This document shows, one piece after another, positions 55,899 through 64,000 of a stretch of DNA of 64,000 nucleotides; the first letter of the stretch is position 1; every line of letters starts with the position of its first letter. Origin of the DNA: a virus (Duplodnaviria > Caudoviricetes); IMG/VR virus record IMGVR_UViG_2706795240_000001, positions 13,780-77,779 of that record. One strand, given 5' to 3'. The notes under the pieces were generated by a model, which was given only the letters and a program-made list of their open reading frames with translations, did not search any database and was not told where the DNA came from. The position numbers and the translations under genes are program-made.

Positions 55899-56804
55899 CT
55901 AGAAAAAGATCGGGAGCGCGCGCATATCGTTCTTATTGATCAGACTGGCGACGTGCGCAGCGCTGGCCTTATCGCCGGTGAATGACCAGGAGTCAATCAC
56001 GCCCATATCGAACGTGTCATACGGTATGCGCGCGCGGGTGACAGCCTTTTCGAGCGACACGGTCGACGACTGGCCGTAGATAACGTCTGAGAATTCAATC
56101 TCGGCGTTTCCGGTCTCGGTAACGAATTCGTCGCGAACGTAGCCGTTGAATGCAAACAGCGTGCCGTCGAAGAAGTGGGCGGACACACAATCATTACCGC
56201 GAATGAAACGGTAGCTATCCGGCGCGCCGAATTCGTTGTGAACGGTCCAACCAGACAGTCGCGCGGAATTGACGATTACTTCGGCTGGCGTCTTAACCAG
56301 CGAAACGGTTACGTTCTCGCCACAACGCGCGCAGTAGGGGAGTGCGCCGTTTTCCGTGTGGTGACTGTGGGCGGCGCAGTAGTCAGCGTGTCCCTGAGTG
56401 ATGTTTCCGCCGTCACGTGCCGGGTAGGAATTTGCGTACTCGGTACCGGCATGGATTCGACGCGCAACCAAACGCGGTTTGGCGGTCTCCAGTGCTCGCG
56501 CAATTTCAACCTCGCTCACTTCCACCTGTCCATCGGTAACGAATTCAATCGCCTCACGAACCGAATTGAAACGGTATTCCAGTTCGGTCGGGTGCGGGTC
56601 TTCGCGGGTGATCGACGGACGATCGGTACCGGTTACGCTGAACTCAATTCCGTTTGCGCGGATGATGACGGTACGAAAACCAGCGCGGTCCGAAATGGTC
56701 ACACCCACGTAGTTGTCCTGGCCGAAAATAACGCGCTGGTCGTCGGAGTAGTCGGAAAGTGTTTCGCGGATAAGGTTGCGGATAGCTGTGATGCGAGCGG
56801 ACAT
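55899..56804 (-). CDS. Multidomain hypothetical protein with internal Zn motif
   Basis: HADYCAAH.H...PYCARCG; CACGGGAG RBS. Confidence 0.7.
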   Translation of the reverse strand: MSARITAIRNLIRETLSDYSDDQRVIFGQDNYVGVTISDRAGFRTVIIRANGIEFSVTGTDRPSITREDPHPTELEYRFNSVREAIEFVTDGQVEVSEVEIARALETAKPRLVARRIHAGTEYANSYPARDGGNITQGHADYCAAHSHHTENGALPYCARCGENVTVSLVKTPAEVIVNSARLSGWTVHNEFGAPDSYRFIRGNDCVSAHFFDGTLFAFNGYVRDEFVTETGNAEIEFSDVIYGQSSTVSLEKAVTRARIPYDTFDMGVIDSWSFTGDKASAAHVASLINKNDMRALPIFF

Positions 56805-56870
56805 TTTTTCTCTCCCGTGTTCGTGTGGCTGGTCGGGCTGGTCGGTATTTCGTGCGGTACGTGATTGATT

Positions 56871-56987
56871 CTAACTCTGGTCGCTGAAAATATCAACCCA
56901 CATTCCCACCGTGGCGAGTAGTGCGCCGAATATTCCTCCAACCAGTGCAAGCGCGCGGACTACGTATGTTGCAATTTCCCACCACAT
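56871..56987 (-). CDS. Small membrane protein, 38 aa
   Basis: Read manually: MWWEIATYVVRALALVGGIFGALLATVGMWVDIFSDQS; RBS GAGAGGG. Confidence 0.55.
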   Translation of the reverse strand: MWWEIATYVVRALALVGGIFGALLATVGMWVDIFSDQS

Positions 56988-57033
56988 GATTTTCCCTCTC
57001 GTTCTCGGCGAAACATTGAATCAACTACACGTG

Positions 57034-57062
57034 AATCTACATGATGACTGGCACGAATGCAA
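57034..57062 (-). promoter_or_regulatory. Possible promoter for the small-gene block
   Basis: TTGCAT-17 nt-TAGATT. Confidence 0.4.
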
Positions 57063-57496
57063 GCGGCCCGAACTCTCAACCTCGACTCTAGAGTTACCCA
57101 CTGTTACACAACGGTTACAGTCTCAAGCTCACATTTAGGGTTTGACAAACGTTTACACGTTGTGCTTCGCCGCTGTTTGGGCCTCACAGCGACGTTTCTA
57201 CGTCTCGGGCACTACCTATCAGGCAAGCCGAGAAAATCGCTCACAGACGTTTCCGCTGGTCACAGCCTCAGTATCTACGCTTACTTTTAATTAGTGTTTG
57301 ATAGAATCAAGGCACTGTGCATTAGCCGAATGTTACGAAACGGTTACAGGCTACGCCTAAGGGCTGACAATAAATGTTATTCATGCATCACACGCAACTT
57401 AATCAACGCGTATACCGCTGCCTATACAGGTGCATATATCTGGCCGCCGCAGGGACACACCTATATCCGGTCCGACTAGCTCGGGCTGCGTGGGTA

Positions 57497-57706
57497 TATA
57501 CAGGTACCCATATACAGGTACCCATATACAGGTACCCATATACAGGTACCCATATACAGGTACCCATATACAGGTACCCATATACAGGCACCCATATACA
57601 GGCACCCATATACAGGCACCCATATACAGGTACCCATATACAGGCACCCATATACAGGCACCCATATACAGGTACCCATATACAGGTACCCATATACAGG
57701 TACCCA
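57497..57706. repeat. 14-bp tandem repeat, 15 units
   Basis: TATACAGGYACCCA x15 (10 T, 5 C variants). Confidence 0.95.
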
Positions 57707-57707
57707 T

Positions 57708-57743
57708 ATGAATGCATATGCATCACTATGCATATGCATTCAT
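57708..57743. repeat. Perfect 16-bp inverted repeat
   Basis: ATGAATGCATATGCAT-CACT-ATGCATATGCATTCAT. Confidence 0.85.
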
Positions 57744-58104
57744 TGCACATGCAACTAATGTTTATTCATGATCATGCATACTTATTAGTTGCACGCTGCA
57801 ACTAAAACTCCCTCTCCATTACTTTTAGTAAGTATGCACCTAGTTGCATAGTCGATTTGTTGAGTACCGGGCGGAAAATCGCGCGTTTCTAAGGTGGCAC
57901 CTGGGCAGTGGGACGCCTATAAAAGCACCACTAAGGGCTGGTCTATGGGTTGTGTGTGGTGAGCTAATTAATGGCTGGTTGCTTGCTGGTTGTGGGCTAG
58001 GTGCAGGGGAAAACGTGAGTCCAGATTCTCTAGGTTGCAATGAGTGTTATTAGGGGATATCTGACAGTGGGGGATTTAGGGTCTGAGTATTTCACGTTAA
58101 TGAC

Positions 58105-58147
58105 TCGCCCGATGTTACAGCGCGGAATAAGTTGTAACATCGGGCGA
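58105..58147. repeat. 15-bp inverted repeat
   Basis: TCGCCCGATGTTACA / TGTAACATCGGGCGA with a 13-nt spacer. Confidence 0.8.
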
Positions 58148-58451
58148 TTTTCATGCTCACACGATTACAGCAACCAGTCGAGCCGTCGCGCGGTGCCGTA
58201 TCGGTCCGACTAGCTCCCGCTAGCGCGCTGGCTGGTCGTCACACGGTAATCGATACCCATGCCGTACCGATAACACTTGTTATCGGTACCCGGTTTCCGG
58301 TCCGCTAGGTATATATACATACCCGTGAAAAGTACCTATGCCGATAACTAATTGAATTCGTCTCTCGGTGCATTCGAGTGCGTGCCGATAAACACTATTG
58401 GGATCACTTTTTTGGAGGGGGGCGGTATTCAGAAAACACGCTCTATCCCCC

Positions 58452-58579
58452 TCAAATATACCCACCAAAAAATCAAATCATATTGTGACTGGCATATTTA
58501 TGTAAACCTTGTGTAACACAATATCAAATATACCCACCAAAAAATCAAATCATATTGTGACTGGCATATTTGTGTAAAC
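58452..58579. repeat. 56-bp AT-rich direct repeat (72-bp period)
   Basis: 58452-58507 and 58524-58579, 55/56 identical. Confidence 0.9.
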
Positions 58580-59045
58580 GTCGAGACACAAGATTATCTC
58601 CAACACAAGCATCTGTCCACTACGTATAACAGCAGTCCGACTACATCCCCTTAATTACAGCGTTACCCGAAACCACATCCGTATATCCGTCTCGTATCCT
58701 CGCGATGGATAACGGATTGAATGGGCATAGGTGCAGGTAGGAGTATATAAATAGAAAAAAATATATATATTTATTCCTTTATTCTTACTTCTCTTCTCCC
58801 GTACGCCCCTGCTTGCTCCTTGTTAGCACTCTTCTTGTGTCTGCGCCCGTGTGCGCCTGTACCCCTCGGATATTTTGGGTAATCGGATAAACCGCAGGTC
58901 AGAGCGGAAAAACCAGGATATGAAACCGGGTAATCCCACGGGTAATCCCACCGACAGCCGGACCCGAACCGGACATGGCGGTCAGAACGGCCAGTCCACG
59001 GAATATATTGCGCTTGCAAAAGTTAGCAAGCTGCTAATAGGCACG

Positions 59046-59083
59046 AAAAAACCCCGGCAGCTAGCTAGGTCTGCCGGGGTTTT
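59046..59083. terminator. Bidirectional intrinsic terminator
   Basis: AAAAAACCCCGGCAG-N10-CTGCCGGGGTTTT downstream of the primase/helicase operon. Confidence 0.8.
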
Positions 59084-59110
59084 AGTATTCAGTTAGGAAG
59101 TGGCGTTTTT

Positions 59111-59365
59111 TTAGGTGCCGTAAAAATGCGGCGGTTCGCCATTCTCGGATGCTACGATATGTCCGACCGGGGGGCAGTAGTTCTTGTGGACGAAATTAAA
59201 CGCCACGATGTGGTCGACGTTCAGGCAGGTAGACATGCGCTTTTCCTGACAGACCAAAATCCACTTGTTTTCGTCATCGTACTGCCAGTCGTCGGCGAAA
59301 ATCTTCTGGCCGGTGCTCAGCGTGAATACTGCATTAGCACCTGAGGGCATTCCTTCAAACTTCAT
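59111..59365 (-). CDS. Hypothetical protein
   Basis: ATGA coupling to the upstream helicase gene. Confidence 0.6.
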   Translation of the reverse strand: MKFEGMPSGANAVFTLSTGQKIFADDWQYDDENKWILVCQEKRMSTCLNVDHIVAFNFVHKNYCPPVGHIVASENGEPPHFYGT

Positions 59366-61323
59366 TTCTTGTACTCCTTGATAATCTTCTCGCGATTTGC
59401 GAAATAGATGTGACCATCGAACGCGAACTTCTTTCCAACCTCGTCCTGCGGTTCGACTGCAATCTGGTGCTTGATCATATAAGCGTAAGCCGAGCGAAAA
59501 TCGTCTTCATTAAACTCCTTTGGCTTAGTGGCACGTTGAGCAAGTTGCGAAACTGCGATACCCTTTTGTCCTGACTTCAAGAGAATTTCCTTTATTCTTT
59601 CCATCATCCTCTTGGATTTAGTGCTGTCGAGTTTTTCAACCTTCTGGAACTTGTTGGATTCGATCAGCCACTCGATCAAATATTCCGCGAATTCCAAAGC
59701 ACGCTCGGTGATATGGTCCTCGTGGTATATCGCGCAGCCGAGCAGGATCAGCTTTTTGTACACCAGATCGATTCGCTGGAGTCCGTTTGTATCGCGGATA
59801 TCTCGCAGCTTGCTTTCGTAAAAAGCGGTGAACCGGTCAAGCTCGGTAGCGTAGGCGAATTCCATCATCCCGCCCTGACGGTGCAAATCTTCCGCCCAAT
59901 CGCGAATCTCCACCAGGTAGGGAATTACCGGGTCCACGTCCACATACTCGGTCAGCGGTCGAGATTTTTTATGGACGCCGGGGATGAAGAGCCAGCGGTT
60001 GAGGAAGCCGCTAATCCCGTCGTCGGTTCCGCCGAAGAGCGATTCCAAAACGCCCGGCTGAATCGACGTCAGGATGCTTCCGAACGGCTTTTCCGCCACA
60101 TGGCTGCCCTGCGAAACCGTCTCGCCACCGATTGAAAGGCCACCGTCATAAAGCTCGATCATCATCGGCTTAATTGTGGAAGTCTCGCTACTGGCCTTCT
60201 TGACGATCGTCGTCATTTCTTCGTACTGGACGAATCCCCGAACCGGATGAGAAATCATCTGGATCGGCTGGCGCTTCGGTTTCGGCTGGCCGGGAATCAA
60301 AGGCGTAAGATTCTGCTGAGCAGGATCGGGTGACTCGTGCTGAAAAGCGCGCGTCAACGCCTCGCCTGAACCGGGTCCGTGGATAACCTTAACTCCGTCA
60401 CTGAATGCATCGTCAGGATCGAATTTCAGCTCGTCCGATGCGATCAGCCGCTTGACGTATCCCATACTGCGAGACTTGCCGGCGCTAGTCGGACCGTTCA
60501 GGCAAACGAACAGATTGGCTTGCACGGGCGTGCCGTCACGAAAAGTGGCGTTACGTCCCAGCATCAGGCCGACCAAAACCATGATATTCCAGAAGTGATA
60601 TTCTTCCGCCACATCGTCAGTGGTAACAATTTCCATGTAGGCCCGTGGAGCGGTGTCGTTTTCCAGGAGGTTGCGCCAATCCAAAGGACGAAGGTTTTCA
60701 ATCTCCGGCTCCGGAATCGGAAGCTGCACTACCGGCTCGTCTGAAACCATGCCTGCTGGGAGGTGGAGGATATTGTTCGAGGAATTCCGCGCCGGGCCGC
60801 GATAGTACTTTCCGTCGACCTCGTGGAATTCCCATCCCAAACCCAGCAGCGAGCTAGCGTCATATACCGCCTGGTGAACCTGCTCCGAAGGGCAGCGCTG
60901 GAGTGAATCAGCGTAGCCCTGCTTGTAAGCCACCATGTCGAGAATATCGCCGCTTGTTTCGCAGCCGAAGCAGGTGTATGTATTCTTCGAGTTGTTGATG
61001 CTCATCGAAGGATTACGGTCACCGTTGCTGTGGCCAGACGAATTAAAACATGACACCAACGTCTCAGAGTTTGACTTGGTATTTGTTACCGTCTTGCCGG
61101 GAAAAAGCCTCTGGAAGACCCGCAAAAGGTCCAAAGCCTTGAGTTCTTCCTTGGCCCCGTCCTTCTCGCTGGCGATCCCTGTAAATCGGGCCAGGTTCGT
61201 ACCCCCGGCGAGCGCTGCCGGGGCGTCTGTGGCGCTCTGAGCGGCCTTCTCTGGCGTCGGCGCGCCCGAGGGCCGTAGCGGCGTGAGCGCGACCAGCCGG
61301 TTCGGGTTATCGGGCTGGCTCAT
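59362..61323 (-). CDS. CHC2 zinc-finger plus DUF3987-like P-loop helicase (replication protein)
   Basis: CF...H.NGDRNPS.......YTCFGC (primase Zn-binding domain); Walker A GPTSAGKS; YEEM as Walker-B-like; GFLNRWLF. Confidence 0.8.
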   Translation of the reverse strand: MSQPDNPNRLVALTPLRPSGAPTPEKAAQSATDAPAALAGGTNLARFTGIASEKDGAKEELKALDLLRVFQRLFPGKTVTNTKSNSETLVSCFNSSGHSNGDRNPSMSINNSKNTYTCFGCETSGDILDMVAYKQGYADSLQRCPSEQVHQAVYDASSLLGLGWEFHEVDGKYYRGPARNSSNNILHLPAGMVSDEPVVQLPIPEPEIENLRPLDWRNLLENDTAPRAYMEIVTTDDVAEEYHFWNIMVLVGLMLGRNATFRDGTPVQANLFVCLNGPTSAGKSRSMGYVKRLIASDELKFDPDDAFSDGVKVIHGPGSGEALTRAFQHESPDPAQQNLTPLIPGQPKPKRQPIQMISHPVRGFVQYEEMTTIVKKASSETSTIKPMMIELYDGGLSIGGETVSQGSHVAEKPFGSILTSIQPGVLESLFGGTDDGISGFLNRWLFIPGVHKKSRPLTEYVDVDPVIPYLVEIRDWAEDLHRQGGMMEFAYATELDRFTAFYESKLRDIRDTNGLQRIDLVYKKLILLGCAIYHEDHITERALEFAEYLIEWLIESNKFQKVEKLDSTKSKRMMERIKEILLKSGQKGIAVSQLAQRATKPKEFNEDDFRSAYAYMIKHQIAVEPQDEVGKKFAFDGHIYFANREKIIKEYKK

Positions 61324-61685
61324 GCAGCACCGCCGTTAATTTTGGCGGCGGATTTACGCTTCTCGGCGAATTTCTTGTACCGAATCTTCTTGCAGGCGCG
61401 ACAGTAATATGAACGTCCGTCCGTGCGGTGCCGATCCATCGTAAAATACGCCAAGTCCTTCTTCTCGTTGCATTCCGGACAGATTTTCTTGACTCCGGTG
61501 ATCAAAGCCGGGTCAATATCGCTGTTTTTCTGAAAACCGGGCTTTTCTGTGGCGTAAGATGCGTTGCATGGCTTACAGACGCCTCGATATCCGTCTTTTC
61601 GGGTGGCATCGCGATAGAACTTACTGATCGGGCGAGTTATGCCGCACCGAGTGCAGGTTTTCTCACTAATCGGGTCGTTAATCAT
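61320..61685 (-). CDS. Protein with two CxxC...CxxC zinc fingers
   Basis: KTCTRC...F.RD..RKDG...VCKPC and KICPEC...F..D..R.DG...YCRAC. Confidence 0.75.
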   Translation of the reverse strand: MINDPISEKTCTRCGITRPISKFYRDATRKDGYRGVCKPCNASYATEKPGFQKNSDIDPALITGVKKICPECNEKKDLAYFTMDRHRTDGRSYYCRACKKIRYKKFAEKRKSAAKINGGAA

Positions 61686-61723
61686 CAGTTACGAGAGCTT
61701 TCTGTGCTTAATCGGGGGTTTTG

Positions 61724-61882
61724 CTAGGGTTTTGCTCTATGTTTACCGGATTTTGAGGGGTAAATTACGTTATTGCAGGACTTGCATATACGATTTGCTG
61801 GCGATTTTTGACCAACATGGGAGGTTGGTTGAGCGCAAATTTGGCAGTAAAACCGGCTTCTAATCAACATATTTGAGGCCAT
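61724..61882 (-). CDS. Small zinc-ribbon protein, 52 aa (missing from the ORF track)
   Basis: Read manually: MASNMLIRSRFYCQICAQ...ICKSCNN...; RBS GTAAGGA. Confidence 0.6.
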   Translation of the reverse strand: MASNMLIRSRFYCQICAQPTSHVGQKSPANRICKSCNNVIYPSKSGKHRAKP

Positions 61883-61948
61883 TTCCTTACCCTCTTCCGT
61901 ATCTGTAGGGCTGATTTATTGACGCCTGGATTAAATCGTTGAGCTTAT

Positions 61949-62539
61949 CTATGCTCGGCTTGTTCGAGTGAATGTTGAATGCGGGTGGTTCGGAGAAAAC
62001 GTCAGATATCCATACTTGCTTACATTTGATATTACAGTGAGCTGTCCAGGCTCGAATGTGACTCCGGTAATGTTAACTTCCAGAGACTCGTCTTTGAATG
62101 TAGACTTAATTAAGCCCTCTAGACTGCTGACTTTGCGGGAGTCAATCAAAGTGGGTATATTCTCAAACGGAAATCCCACTACACAATTGTAGTAATCTGG
62201 TTGCGCTACCGGGGTCAGCGAGTTCATTAATTTTCCGTCACCGTTCCACAGCTTCTGGCCCTCCCAGGGCATATGTGGCGTGTAGCTATTTCTTAGTACG
62301 GGGATTCTCCCGATTTCTAGACCAAGTAACGATCGTGTGTCACGATTTATATAACTCAATAGGTAGTCTTTCCCGGCGTCCGATTGAATCAGGTTCATCC
62401 AGCACGAGCGGCTGCATGTAAACAGCATCGCCTTTGCGCTGCTGTCGTCAACAGCGAAAAACGTGTGATCTGTGTATCCATATTCCGACACTTCTCCGTA
62501 ATTATCGCACCCTGGCGCTTTACAAAATATAGTCGTCAT
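61949..62539 (-). CDS. Hypothetical protein with N-terminal Cys motif
   Basis: CKAPGC...TCSRSC; ATGA coupling to the primase. Confidence 0.65.
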   Translation of the reverse strand: MTTIFCKAPGCDNYGEVSEYGYTDHTFFAVDDSSAKAMLFTCSRSCWMNLIQSDAGKDYLLSYINRDTRSLLGLEIGRIPVLRNSYTPHMPWEGQKLWNGDGKLMNSLTPVAQPDYYNCVVGFPFENIPTLIDSRKVSSLEGLIKSTFKDESLEVNITGVTFEPGQLTVISNVSKYGYLTFSPNHPHSTFTRTSRA

Positions 62540-63300
62540 GACTGTGCTCCTAGAATCTTTTCAAACACTTCAACCGGATTTTTTACCGGCTCCAGGTAGT
62601 ATGAATCGGCGAGCGTATCGATCACGAATCCCGGCTGCATTGATTTGCGGTTGATGCCTAGCTCCATGCGGACCAAATTTCCGTAGCCCCCGTCTGGAAC
62701 AGAGTCCTGCTTGGGAAATAGTTCGACCTGGAAGAGCCCAACAGTCGGGTCGTTAGGATTGCCGTCGAAATTGACTCCCGAGCCTGATCGATCGGTGAAG
62801 AAATATCCCATTCGATCCATCACCTGTCGTCCCATCGCGCGCAATACCGAGGCCGGTGCTTGCTGTCCTGGATATGGAAATCCGTAGACATGCAAGCCCT
62901 TGCTTCCGGAAAACGTCGCGAGCTGCCGAACTCCAGTGATCCCGATTCGGTGGCAGAATAGGTCCGCCATGACGCGGACCTGCCAGCGCAAATAAGGGTC
63001 ATTGCCGTTTGTATCCATCCACAATTTTCTTGGATTGTGTAGTGGATTTTCTGGCGAGTAGTAAGGGCACTTTGTCTTGAAGTCGATATCAAAGCAGAAG
63101 AATTTCGCCTTGTCGCCATTGATGACGTAGTGGCCGTATGTATTTTCTCCTGCCAGATGCTCAGACATTGCCCTGCGATTCCATGTGGAATTGTCGAGCG
63201 GGTTGTATGCTCCGGTGTCTCGCTGAATTGCAATCACGTCTGGGCGTGAAATCAGCAGCTTTGAAAGCGCGTTTTGCAGGCGCACATCGTTCGTGGTCAT
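62536..63300 (-). CDS. Archaeo-eukaryotic primase (AEP, TOTE-primase-like catalytic domain)
   Basis: HL.G..T.G.Y, FCFDID, FSGSKGLHVY and ELFPKQ...GGYGNLV; ATG 63300 after CACAGGAG. Confidence 0.8.
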   Translation of the reverse strand: MTTNDVRLQNALSKLLISRPDVIAIQRDTGAYNPLDNSTWNRRAMSEHLAGENTYGHYVINGDKAKFFCFDIDFKTKCPYYSPENPLHNPRKLWMDTNGNDPYLRWQVRVMADLFCHRIGITGVRQLATFSGSKGLHVYGFPYPGQQAPASVLRAMGRQVMDRMGYFFTDRSGSGVNFDGNPNDPTVGLFQVELFPKQDSVPDGGYGNLVRMELGINRKSMQPGFVIDTLADSYYLEPVKNPVEVFEKILGAQS

Positions 63301-64000
63301 TTCTCTCCTGTGGTGTGGCGTACTGTGACCAGCGTACACCATCGGAGACTCAAATGCCAGTCATTGTAAAACACGCCTGACCAGCGCAAACGCCGATACC
63401 TAAATGACGAACTTGGCTGCCCCTCGCGCGTGTGCCATACTGAGGTGGCCGAACGGACTGTGCCCACCTGTGCCAGCCAGTGGAAATTGAAAATAGCCGC
63501 AAACGTTTTGAAGGCATTCCATCCCCCCGGAATTTTTGACACGTTTCAAACTTTTAATCACATCTATTATTAGAGAATGGTTGAGCGGGAGAACACTATT
63601 TTCAATTTCCTCTAGCTGGCATAGCTAGGCTCTGGTTAATTCAATTAGTTTCTGCGTGATTGAAATCGTGGTTAATTTTGGAGGTCACAGCTCCGATTTT
63701 AATTGTTGAATTTTGCGTAGATTCAAATCTGGGAAAGTTGAATTAGCCCGGTCCGGAGTGTTCGATAATTGAGCGAGCACGTCTGTTCGGCATTAATCTC
63801 CCTGGTGTGGCTGGGGTAAATAAGTCGTCTCGTGGAATTGGATTTACTCTCCTGTGGTCCAATTCCGCGAGACGGCGCATTGCTCCCCTTTGTCCGTAAG
63901 GATTATTGGGGGTTTATATTAGGTGGCGGTTCCTGAAATAGCGGAGCAGAGCGCCGATTCCGGATGCTGGTCGGGGCGTCCGCGCGAAATTAAACCCGGT

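Noticed and set aside
57374-57805. ORFs across the 14-bp array
   Set aside because: Same artefact: periodic translations in six frames with no translation signals
58771-59019. ORF with DYP repeats
   Set aside because: It reflects short GGGTAATC nucleotide repeats in the non-coding tract; no convincing RBS
23121-61733. Shared 15-mer TTTTGCTAGGGTTTT at 23121 and 61719
   Set aside because: Low complexity, different contexts (terminator tail versus gene end), and only two copies
63343-64000. tRNA or other structured RNA in the terminal intergenic stretch
   Set aside because: No cloverleaf, T-loop or CCA pattern could be identified by eye; a tRNAscan-SE/Infernal run would be decisive

Overview
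This window is a 64 kb piece of a long-tailed siphovirus genome infecting an actinobacterium. The gene content and order recall Gordonia GTE7/cluster CS and Rhodococcus ReqiDocB7-type phages; this is inferred from memory, not from a search. The left 25.6 kb (+ strand) runs from the tail assembly chaperone (with a -1 frameshift extension) through a 3186-aa tape measure protein, minor tail proteins and a collagen-like fibre. It ends in an unusually fragmented lysis cassette: DUF1906 glycosidase, acidic protein, amidase, HNH, a free endolysin C-terminal-like domain, holin, three membrane proteins and lysin B. A bidirectional terminator at about 25.6 kb separates this from a - strand arm. That arm carries nucleotide-metabolism and replication/recombination genes (two MazG-like enzymes, ThyX, Cas4-like nuclease, WhiB, RusA, beta clamp, SLOG, oligoribonuclease, SNF2, SSB-like), a minimal tyrosine recombinase, a methyltransferase, a vWA/MoxR pair, and an AEP primase with a separate Zn-finger/helicase gene. 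At 52.2-59.0 kb a block of small genes lies between two repeat-rich non-coding tracts containing 35/36-bp, 37-bp, 14-bp and 56-bp repeats and many palindromes, and is bounded by a 17-bp inverted repeat. The most novel-looking observations are (1) a shared short motif on four lysis-cassette proteins, suggesting a modular multi-subunit endolysin; (2) a second candidate programmed -1 frameshift (C-CCA-AAA plus hairpin) that would fuse a Cys-rich domain to WhiB; and (3) the repeat-bounded, possibly invertible or origin-containing 52-59 kb island. All functional calls come from motif recognition by eye.
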